Shown here piece by piece: positions 10,323 to 19,698 of a stretch of 64,000 nt of DNA (positions are counted from its first letter, which is position 1; each line of letters begins with the position of its first letter). The stretch is from an uncultured Gemmatimonadales bacterium (lineage in GTDB: Bacteria > Gemmatimonadota > Gemmatimonadetes > Gemmatimonadales > GWC2-71-9): NCBI GenBank assembly GCA_963833365.1, contig CAWHXS010000003.1, positions 6,913 through 70,912 on the forward strand. The letters run 5' to 3'. The translations under genes and the position numbers were made by a program. The notes below the pieces were generated by a model that made no database searches, was not told the DNA's origin, and worked only from the letters and a program-made list of their open reading frames with translations.

Positions 10323-11940
10323 TTACAGTCCGACGGGATCGAACTGTACCTGACGGGCGTCGAGTACTTCCGGCAGACTCCGGAGTGTGTCGAGCACCTC
10401 GGGTTTGAGCGGCGAATCCACACTGATTGCGGCGAGCGCTTCCCCGCCCGCGGACAGCCGGGCCTGATGATACTCGGCGATGTTGATGCCGGCGTCGCCC
10501 AGCAGCGAGCCGACCCGGCCGATGACACCGGGCACGTCCCGGTTCCGCAGCACCACCAGCATGCCGCGGGGAACGACGTCGAGCCGGAAGTCGCCGATGC
10601 GGACCACTCGGGGATGCCCTTCGGCCAGGAGCGCACCGGCGACCCTGGAGGTCCGTCCGCTGCCGGTCGCCCTCGACTTCGATGAATTCGGCATAGTCCG
10701 TGGTTGGCGTCGACCCGAGTGCGGTCGACCTCGATCCCGCGTGGTCGTGGCGAGGTGCAGCGCATTGACCACGTTGACGCCCGCCGGTCCCACCACATCC
10801 GCGAGTACGCCCGGCGACGGCCCCGGCGGCCAGCGGCCGCAGCAAGTCGTCCCATCGCCCGCCGAAACGGATTTCGACCGAGGTGATCGCCCCGTCCGTC
10901 AGGGCCGCCGCCAGGCGTCCCAGCCGGTGGCCATGCTACAGCAGTGGACGCAGCCGGTGCACCCGATCGCCGACCACGAAGCGGAGCGTTCACCGCACCC
11001 GAGAGGTCGCCGTCCACCAGCGCCGCCCGAATCGCCTCGGCGATCTCCAGCGCGACGTTCAGCTGGGCCTCTTCGGTGGACGCGCCCAGATGCGGCGTCA
11101 GCACGACGTTCGGCAGCGTGCGCAGCGGATGATCGGCCGGAAGCGGCTCCTGCTCGAACACGTCCAGCGCCGCTCCGGCGAGCCGTTGTCTCCTGCAGCC
11201 GCGCGAGCAAGCGCGGCCTCGTCGAGCACGCCGCCGCGCGCGGCGTTGATGATCACGGCCTCGGGCTTCATCAGCGCGAGCTGCGCTCGCCCAGGAGACC
11301 CGGGTGCTCTCGGTGAGCGGCACGTGCAGCGAGAGCGACGTCCGCACTCCGCAGGACGTCGTCCAGCGCGGCCAGCTCGATGCCCAGGCCGCGGGCCGCG
11401 TCCTGACTCAGGAAGGGATCGTAGCCGACGACCCTCATCCCGAAGGCCCGCGCCCGGCGCGCCACCTCGCCCCCGACTCGTCCGGCGCCGACCAGCCCGA
11501 GCGTCTTCCGGTACAGCTCGGTGCCGTTGAAGCTGCGATCGATCCCACTGGCCGTCCTTCATTGAGCGATCGGCGGCGGGAACCTCGCCGGACGAGGGCG
11601 AGCAGCAGCGCAAACGCGAGCTCGGCGGCCGAGATGGTGTTGCCGGCCGGCGCATTCATGACGGCGATGCCCTTCTCGGTGGCGGCGTCGACGTCGATGG
11701 TGTCGACCCCGACCCCGGCCCGGCCGATCACCTTGAGCTGGTCGTGCGGCCAGCGACTCCGCGGGTGATGCTTGGTCGCGCTGCGCACGATCACCGCATC
11801 GGCCTCGGCGAGCGCCGCGGCCAGCTCTTCTCCCTTGAGGCCCGGACGTTCGATCAGCTCGAAGCGCGGGTCGTCTGGCGATCGCGGGTCAGACCCTCCC
11901 GCGCGATCTTGTCGGCCACCAGGATGCGGTAGCGGCTCAC
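10323..11940 (-). pseudogene. serA: D-3-phosphoglycerate dehydrogenase (long type with ACT domain); at least 5 frame breaks as written
   Basis: Pieces lie in three frames. These are VSRYRILVADKIAREGL (GTG 11940, GTGA overlap with the upstream stop), [114 protein letters not shown], and the ACT part [31 protein letters not shown]. Confidence 0.8.
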
Positions 11941-13056
11941 GAGCGCAGCACGTCCTCGAGCACCTGAAGCAGCTCGTCCAGCTCGTCGACGGTGTGGTCG
12001 CCCATGTGGCCGATGCGAATGGTCGAATCCTTGAGCGCGCCGTAGCCGGCGGAGATGGTGAAGCCTCGCCGCTTCATCTCCTTGTCCACTGCCGCGCCCG
12101 CTCACGCCGGCCGGCAGCTTGATGCAGGTGACGGTGGGAGAGCGGTATCCCGGCGGTGCCAGGACCTCGAGCGCGATTCCGCTACCGTGCATCTCCTCGA
12201 CCCAGTGCCAGGTGCGGTCCGCCATCGCCTGGTGCCGGGCCCAGCGGGCCTCGATGCCTTCCGCGCTCGATGCGGTCGACCTGCGCCGCGAGCGCGTACA
12301 TGAGCGAGAGCGCCGGCGTGTTCGGGGTCTGGTTCTTCTGGATGTAGCTCTCGAACTCGACCAGATCGAAGTAGATGCCCGCGATTCGGAGTCGCCCGGG
12401 CCCGCTCGAGCGCAGCGGGCTGCGCGACGCCGAGCGCCAGGCCGGGCGGAAGCGCGAGCGCCTTCTGTGAGCCGGTCAGCACGAAGTCGAGATGCCAGGC
12501 GTCGCTCTCGACCGGGGCGCCGGCCACTCCGGTAACGCTATCCACGAGGAGACAGCACGTCCCGGCTGGCGATGCGCGACCTCCGCCAGCTCGCGAATCG
12601 GATTCAGGACGCCGGTCGACGTCTCGGAGTGCACGACGGTGACCGCGTCGTAGGATCTCTTCGCGCAATGCGTCGGCAAGCATCTCCGGGGTATGAGCCG
12701 CGCCCAGCGGCACCTCGAGCGCCACGGCCTCCACGCCGTGCGCCAGGGCGATCCGGTAGAAACGCTCGCTGAAGGCACCATTCACCAGCGACAGGACTTG
12801 GCGGCCGCCGCAGTTGCGGATTGCAGCCTCCATGAGACCGGTCGCAGACGAGGCGGCGATGTAGACCGGACGTCCGGTGCGAAAGATCCGACTTGAGTCC
12901 CGGCTGCAGCTCGGCGATGAGCGGCTCCATCGCCTTGCCGCGGTGCCCGATCATCGGCTTGAGTCTGCGCGGCAAGAATCTCGGGTCGAACCTCGGTGGG
13001 CCGGGAAGGAAGAAACGACCAAAGGTCGGTGCTGCGGAAATTTCACTCACAGTCAT
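11937..13056 (-). pseudogene. class-V aminotransferase, putative phosphoserine aminotransferase by context; at least 5 frame breaks
   Basis: Fragments include MTVSEISAAPTFGRFFLPGPP...KPMIGHRGKAMEPLIAEL, MEAAIRNCGGRQVLSLVNGAFSERF, RSYDAVTVVHSETSTGVLNPIRELAEVA, LLVDSVTGVAGAPVESDAWHLDFVLTGSQKALALPPGLALG and WHWVEEMHGSGIALEVLAPPGYRSPTVTCIKLP. The tail GFTISAGYGALKDSTIRIGHMG... is seen only by hand translation. The start overlaps the serB-like stop (TAATG). Confidence 0.7.
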
Positions 13057-13792
13057 TACGAGAATGCTCCACTGTTGTCGATGGATTGTCGGCTCGAATC
13101 CGGGACGAATATAACGGGGGTACACGAGTTGGGCTCCATCTCGTACCAGTGCGAGGACTGCCTCCAGCGAAGGTTCGCGAAGGACGACATCGGCCGCCCG
13201 GCTCACCTCGGGACGGTCAACGACGCCCGCGAACGCCGCGAAACAATCGACCGCGGGCGGGCCTCGAGGTCGGTCGCGCCGTCGCCGATGAGGAGCATCG
13301 GGCGGGGCAAGCGCCGGAGGCCTCGATCCAGATGCGCTTCCCTCCGGCGCGGGCCAGCGGCGAATCGCATCGAATCCGTGGTAGCTCCCGTCCTCGTGCG
13401 AAGCAAACATCCACCGCGGCGACCCTGGAATCGGGAACTCCGAGATTCGCGCGCGACGATGCGAACCGCCGGCGCCAAGCCGCCACTCAGGATCTGTACG
13501 GTTAACCCTGCCCTGATCGAGTGCACGAATGGTGCTTCCGGCGCCGGGCACCAGCGTGGCGAATGTAGAGCCGGCCAGACCTCCGACATGTCCGATCGTG
13601 ATGGACGTATCAGACTCCAGCCGACGGCCGTACACCTCCTCCAGCGGTACGGCACCTCGCATCGCCAGATCGGTGAGCCGGGTGATCTCTTCGCGATGCT
13701 CCGCGAGCCAGCTCCTCGATTCCTTCGATGGTGGTGAGGGTCGAGTCGCAGTCGAAGATGACGGTGTTGAAACGGCGGCGGTCTGTGGTCAA
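13056..13792 (-). pseudogene. HAD-family phosphoserine phosphatase-like protein; at least 5 frame breaks
   Basis: The N-terminus MTTDRRRFNTVIFDCDSTLTTIEGIEELA carries HAD motif I, DxD. Later pieces lie in other frames: GAVPLEEVYGRRLE, LVPGAGSTIRAL, ILSGGLAPAV, MLLIGDGATDLEA (motif III). The 3' end was inferred from the TAATG junction with the next gene. Confidence 0.6.
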
Positions 13793-13886
13793 TGGTCGAG
13801 ATCGTGAGACGTGAGACGGTAAGCGGGCTGGCTACGCCTGAGTGCCGAGGTCGGTAGGGCTAAAACCGGTGCTAGCCTGCACGTGG

Positions 13887-15257
13887 TCAATGTGCACTCG
13901 ACGCAGCGGGAAGCTGCAGCCTGCGTCGCACCCGAACCAGGAGGAATAGGGCGACGATGACCAGGCCGAGGACCAGGCCCCACCAGAGATCCGACCGGCC
14001 CCTGACCAAGACGGAACCCCAGCAACAGGCTCACCGGCAATCCGATCGCCCAGTATCCCAGCAGACCGATGATCATCGGAGTGCGAGTGTCGCCCAGGCC
14101 GCGCAGGATGCCGATCGACGTGACCTGAATGCCGTCGAATACCTGAAACACTCCGGCGAGACGGGAGTAGCATGGACGGCGAGCGCCAGTACCGCGAGGA
14201 TCCGCGGTATAGACTCCCGCGAGTATTCGAGGCGCCAAGGTGAAGGCGAGCGCCGTGGTCCCCATGAAGCGACGGCACAGGCCAGAGCCGCGCGCGCCGC
14301 ACCGCGATGCCGCGGCGCGGTCGCAGCGCCCGACCGCGTGACCGACCACTACCGCGGCAGCGCTCGAGAGGCCGAGCGGGCACCATGAACGTGATGGAGG
14401 CGAGGTTGAGCGCGATCTGGTGTGCCGCGACCTGGGTGGTGCCGAGCCAGCCCATCATGAGCCCGACGAGACCGAACACGCCGTACTCCAGTTGATGCTG
14501 GACTCCGATCGGGGCCCCGAGGCAGAAACATCCTGCGTGAGCGGGCGCGGGGATCGCCGACTGCCGGGTCGCAATGGGAAGGAGCACCGGGCGCAGCTCA
14601 CGCCAGCCCAAGGCGAGCAAGCAGGCCCGCCATGACCCAGCGGCTGATCGTCGTGGCCCAGGCCGATCCCACCGCCCCGAGCGGAGGCACGCCGAGGTGG
14701 CCGTAGATCAGGACCCAGTTGAGTCCGGCGTTGACCAGGTTGGCAACCAAGACCGCGACCACAATCGCGCGGAGCCGCCCAGCGCCTGCAGGCTCTGCCG
14801 AAACACGATGAAGGCGAAGAAGCCGAGCGGTGCCCGGAATGGAGACCCGGGCGATAGGCGCCGCGATCGGCACGACCTCGGGCGGCTGATTGGCCCAGCC
14901 AAACACGGTCCGGCCGGCAGTAGCATCGCCGCGGTCGGGCAGCAGAGCAACGCCAGCCAGGATCACCCCGCGCTGTACCCCGCGTGCGACGCGGCCTCGT
15001 CGCCGGCGCCCACCGCCTGGGCCACGACCGGGTCGAGCGCCATGAGCACGCCCATCCCGAAGATGGCGGCACCGAAGAAGTAGAGATTGCCCAGTGCGAC
15101 CGCGGCCAGGGCCTGGGCGACAGGTGTCCCACCATGATGGTGTCCACCACGCCCATGGCCATCATGCCGACCTGGACCAGCACGACCGGCAGGCCGAGCG
15201 CAAGCAGGGCTCCGCACGTCGGTGGGGCGCGGGAGAAGGCGGGAAGTGCAGTGTCAC
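13887..15257 (-). pseudogene. MATE family efflux transporter; at least 5 frame breaks
   Basis: Fragments: LLALGLPVVLVQVGMMAMGVVDTIMVGHLSP, ALAAVALGNLYFFGAAIFGMGVLMALDPVVAQAVGAG, VLVANLVNAGLNWVLIYGHLGVPPLGAVGSAWATTISRWVMA and TPMIIGLLGYWAIGLPVSLLLGF. The tail LWWGLVLGLVIVALFLLVRVRRRL...* ends at TGA 13887-13889 (hand translation). The summed length of about 457 aa fits MATE. Confidence 0.7.
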
Positions 15258-15281
15258 GGCTGGAAGGGTGAGAGGGACGAG

Positions 15282-15355
15282 TGCGCCCGGGAGGATTCGA
15301 ACCTGCGACCCTCAGCTTAGAAGGCTGTTGCTCTATCCAACTGAGCTACGGGCGC
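15282..15355 (-). tRNA. tRNA-Arg (anticodon TCT)
   Basis: The reverse complement GCGCCCGTAGCTCAGTTGGATAGAGCAACAGCCTTCTAAGCTGAGGGTCGCAGGTTCGAATCCTCCCGGGCGCA folds as a cloverleaf. It has a 7-bp acceptor stem, anticodon loop CTTCTAA and T-loop TTCGAAT. There is one C-C mismatch in the T stem. CCA is not encoded. Confidence 0.85.
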
Positions 15356-15419
15356 CGGCAAAAGCCGCCAAGATTACGCGGCGCGAGTGGTAGGAAGATA
15401 GTGGAGACTCGAGGCCGGT

Positions 15420-15794
15420 CTAGACTAACTCGTCGTGGCTCGCCGGTCGGAAGGCCAAGTCAAACGCCAGGAACAGTGTCTTGGAGAAGGGATAGAACAG
15501 GAACGGAGCGAGGATCATGACAGTCACTCCGACAATCTGCAGGCTCAGCCAGGGTGGATCGGGCCAGGTGTACCACAGTACTCCCAGAAAAATCGCGGCA
15601 AAGATCAGCTCGGACGCGACGATGTTAAACATGTATGCACCGACCTGATACCCCTCCTCTCGGCGCTCGGTCGCCAGCCCGCACTGCGGGCAGCGCGGCC
15701 GTATCCTGAACCAGGATTCGAAAAGCTTTCGTGTGCCACAGTTGGGGCAGCGAAGCCGGATAGCGCGCCAGAAAAGTCGGGCCGGGGTTCTCAC
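15420..15794 (-). CDS. DUF983 domain membrane protein (zinc-ribbon plus 2 TM)
   Basis: Contains CPNCGTRKLF...RPRCPQCGL followed by two TM helices. The start was moved to GTG 15794, because the upstream gene's hand-derived stop is at 15844. Confidence 0.6.
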   Translation of the reverse strand: MRTPARLFWRAIRLRCPNCGTRKLFESWFRIRPRCPQCGLATERREEGYQVGAYMFNIVASELIFAAIFLGVLWYTWPDPPWLSLQIVGVTVMILAPFLFYPFSKTLFLAFDLAFRPASHDELV

Positions 15795-15843
15795 GCGCCG
15801 AACGATGGATGGCCGGCGTGAGTCCGGCAAGCAGCGAGTGCGA

Positions 15844-18800
15844 TCAGCGTGGAATGATGCGGGCGATCCATCCGTCACTGGTGCTGCCACCGTAGGCGGC
15901 TGCGAGCCTGGCGGGTGGGGAAATCAGTGCTGGATTCGATGCCACCGATCACGAACCCGCCACCGGGCATCGGCGCCACCGCCCGCCCGTTGTCGCTTGC
16001 GGTGCCGCCGATCCGGATGCCGAAGATGACCTGGCCCAGGTTCGGTGACAGAATCAGTGCCGGCGGCATCATCCCTCCCCGAGAGGACCCGCAGGCCCCA
16101 CCGTCTCATAGGTTTCCTGGCCGATTCCCGACACGTACACATTGCCATCGGTGCCGACCAAGATTCCCTCGAACCTATCGCCCCTCGGTCCGCCGACATA
16201 GGACATCTGATAACAGGCCACCAGCGTTGCTGTAGCGGGCGATCAGCCCGTCGCGTGGCCGCCACCACCCGGGCCGGGCTGCAGCGCGTTCGCAGTGACC
16301 GGCAGATCGGTGGAAGAGGTCGCCGACCCCACATAGATGTCTCCGGTGCCCGGTTTACGGCGAGGTTGTGGGTCTCGGAGCCCTCCTGTCCGGAGCCACC
16401 GAGGTAGGTCGCAAACAGGAGTTGGCTGCCATCGGGCGAGAGCTTGGCGAGATAGTCGTCGACTCCGCCGCCATTCGTTGCCTGGGTCGGATTTACCAGC
16501 GGCATGTTGGTACTCTGCACGCCTGCGATGTACCAGACGTTGCCCTGCCCATCCACCCGCACGCTCGGCTGGGTGCCGTCGTCCTCGCTGCCGCCGAGGT
16601 AGGTGGCCCAGGCGAAGCTGGACCCCGAGGCGTTCAGTTTCGGCCACGACGCAGTCGAGTCCTGCCTTTCTTGGTGGGCTGATAGGTGCCGTTGAAGTAG
16701 GTGTCGCCGGCCGGGAACGCCACCGTCGGTGAGGAGGCGAGATAGACTGCTCCGGTCGGGAGTCGATGTCGATATCGCGGACGATGTTGTAGTCGGTGGT
16801 TCCGAAGTAGGTGCAGAAGACCAGCGCCGAGCCATCCGGGCTGCATCTTGCAGACGAACCCGTCTTGCTCGCCGTACAACGCGACTCCGCCGCCGCGGAA
16901 GACGGTCTGCGCCGCCCCGGCGGTGACCGGGAAGCCGGGTCCGGCGCGACCTCCGATGTAGACGAACCCCTGCGCATCGACCTCAACCGCGTAGGCCCGG
17001 TCGTAGCCCGGGCCGCCCAGCAGGGTCGACCAGAGCAGCTTCCCGGTCGAGTCGAACTTGGTCACGAAGACGTCGTAGTGCTTGACCGTCCCATTGGGAG
17101 AGTCGTCGTGGGTCCGGTCGAAGGCGCCAGGCGTGGTGGGGAAATCGTTGCTCGCCGTGCCGCCGACGGCGTAAATGTTCCCTGGGCGTCGGTCGCGAGG
17201 TCGCGCACCTGGTCCTCCTCGCTGCCGCCCCAGTACGTCGCGAACCGGACGACCGCAGTATCGGGAACAGCCGTGCCGGTCGCGCTGAACGTCACCGGGT
17301 TTCCGGTGATCCCCGTGCCGGTGATGGTCGCGGTCAAGGTATTCACCCCAGGCGCGGCCCCAGTACCCAGGAACCGACCGCAGCCTTCCCGTTGGCGTCC
17401 GTAGTCTGGGTCGCCGCAGTGACGTCCCGGCACCAGCGGTGACGTCGAAGTTGACGGTGACACCGGCCACACCCTGCTGACTCGTGGTCGAGGACCGTCA
17501 CCCCGAGGTGGGACCCGACACCGCAGTTCCGACTATCGCGCTTTGGCTGGTCGGAGAATTCGCAGCAATGCTGGCGGGAACCGGGGCAGTTCCAGTTGCG
17601 CTGAAGGTGACCGGATTACCGGTGACACCCGAGCCAGCGACTGTGGCAGTGAGCGTGTTGGTTCCCGGCACCAGACCCAGGGTCCACTCGGTAACCGTGG
17701 CTTTCCCTGCGGAATCGGTGGTCTGCGATTCCCCCGTCAGGCTCCCTCCCCCGGCAGCGATCGCGAAGGCTACAACGACTCCGGCGAGCGGTTGCTGTTT
17801 GGCATCCGACACGATCACTGACGGCGGATGCGGAACTGCCGTGCCGGCTTCCGCGTTCTGAGTGGTCACCGATGCAGCGGCGATACTGGCCGGCGCCGAC
17901 CCGGTACCTATCGCGTCGAAGGTGACGGGATTTCCGCTGACGCCGGCTCCGGACACGGTGGCTGTGAGAGTATTCTGACCCGCCGAGACTCCAAGCACCC
18001 AGGACGAAGCACTCGCCACACCGAACGCATCGGTTGTGGTCGAGCCTCCGGTCACCGAACCTCCACCAGCGGTGACAGCAAATGTTACCGTGACCCCGGC
18101 GACGCCGACCTGACTCGCGTCCTTGACGATTACCGATGGTGGGGAGGGCACTGCCGTCGCCACCGTCCCGCTCTGAGTAACCGCCGAAATGGCCGCGACG
18201 CTGGCTGGAGCCGTCCCGGTCGCGACGAAGGTGACCGGGTTTCCCACGAAACCCGAACCGTCCGCCGAGGCCGTCAGGGTATTGATTCCCAGATTCGGCC
18301 CGAGAACCCATTGGCCCGCAGTAGCGACCCCATTCGCATCGGTGGTCTGAGTTCCGGCAGTCACCGTACCGCCACCCGAAGTGACGGCAAAGGTGACTGT
18401 TACCCCAGAGAGCTGGTTGCCGTTCTCGTCCCGCACCATCACGGATGGAGGCGTCGCCACCACCGTTCCCTCGAGAGCGCTCTGGGTGGTCGGCGAATTC
18501 GCGGCGATACTCGAGTCGCTCAGAGGAACCGCCGTCGCGCGGAAGATGACTGGATTGCCGGTGACTCCCGATCCGGTCACTTGCGCTTCGACAGTATTGG
18601 AGCCGGTCGCCGGACCGAGGGTCCAGGACTGCAGCGTTGCCGTTCCATTGGCGTCAGTGGTCTGAGTCCCGTCGACGATCTGTCCACCGCCAGACGTGAC
18701 CGAGAAGACCACATTGGCTCCCGCAACCGGCTGCCGGTGGTCGTCGAGGACGACAACCGAAGGCGGTACCGGTACGGCGAGCCCCTCCGGTGCGCTCTGC

Positions 18801-19578
18801 ACGATCGGGGAAACCGGGGTAATGGTGGCGGGCCCGGGAGCTGTCGCGTTGGCACTGAAGGTGACCGGATTACCGGTGATGCCAGCACCGGCAACCGTTG
18901 CGGTGAGCGTGTTGCTGCCCGGCACCAAGCCAAGAGTCCAAGAATCGGCGGTCGCTCGACCGTTGGCGTCGGTGGTCTGTGAAGCCCCAGTAACCAGGCC
19001 TCCACCCGCGGTCACCGCAAAGACCACGACCGCCCCGGCGAAGGGCTGCTGGTTGGCGTCGCGCACAATGACCGAGGGAGCCGCCGCCACTGCCTGTCCG
19101 ACTTCCGCGGCTTGGGTCGTGGCTGTCACCGCTTCGATCGAAGCAGGACCCGGCAAGGTGGCCGTCGCAGTGAATGTCACCGGGTTGCCAGTGATCCCGC
19201 TGCCCGCGATGGAGGCGGTCACCACGTTGGGGCCCGGGGTGGAACCTAGCGTCCACGAGGTGGCGCTGGCCTCACCATTTGCGTCCGTGGTCTGGTTCGC
19301 CCCGGCAAGGTGCCGCTTCCCTGCGTCACCGCGAAGGTGACTGCTATGCCCGCCACGGGTTCGTTGTTTTGGTCCCGTACCATTACGGCGGGAGGGACAG
19401 CGACTGCGGTCTTTACGATGGAGGACTGGCTGGTTGGTGAGGCGGCAGCGACTGTAGCAGGAGTCGGCCCGGGGGACACCTTGTCATCTGGAGAGCCGCA
19501 GCCAGCCAGGATCGTGCCTATAGTGATCAGCCAATAGCCGAACCGACTCGATCGGTTCGCGAACAGAATCCGCTTCAT
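15844..19578 (-). pseudogene. large surface lipoprotein with about 8-9 tandem Ig-like (Big_1-type) repeats plus an SBBP beta-propeller; about 12-15 frame breaks, all outside the central repeat block
   Basis: The N-terminus MKRILFANRSSRFGYWLITIGTILAGCG carries a lipobox. ORF 17498..19225 holds six clean repeats of about 96 aa (…PSVIV.D…TFAVTAGGG.VTG..TTDA.G.A…W.LG…NTLTA.V.G.GITGNPVTF.A). The propeller part, spread over ORFs 17062..17472, 16634..17470, 16243..16986, 15924..16835 and 15875..16072, is colinear with the intact paralog 19699..21558. The hand-derived C-terminus is ...STSDGWIARIIPR*. Confidence 0.75.
17265..19480 (-). repeat. tandem coding repeats of about 290 bp (Ig-like domain array) inside the large lipoprotein gene
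   Basis: About 8-9 consecutive units of about 96 aa share NTLTATV.G.GITGNPVTF and TTDANG motifs. The periodic repeat also generates long shadow ORFs in other frames and on the other strand (for example 17616..18311 and 17828..18982). Confidence 0.8.
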
Positions 19579-19698
19579 CTGCCCCCCCGCCTATACCCGC
19601 TATCTCTGCGCGATCTAGAGCCTGAGAAACCTTCAAGGGGCTCCACCAGATGCCGCCCGAAGCGTGAATCTTCCGGCGTCACCTGTTACCGCTCTCTC

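Noticed and set aside
9650-17500. Programmed ribosomal frameshifting or transcriptional slippage as the explanation for the frame breaks
   Set aside because: There are far too many sites (dozens), in unrelated genes, in both directions. No shared slippery heptamer or downstream pseudoknot is visible. Isolated indels are the simpler explanation.
17616-18982. Alternative-frame and opposite-strand ORFs inside the Ig-repeat block (17616..18311, 17828..18982, 18577..19005, 18696..19340)
   Set aside because: They are by-products of the periodic, stop-poor repeat. Their products are Arg/Gly-rich, whereas the 17498..19225 frame gives clean Ig-like repeat units.
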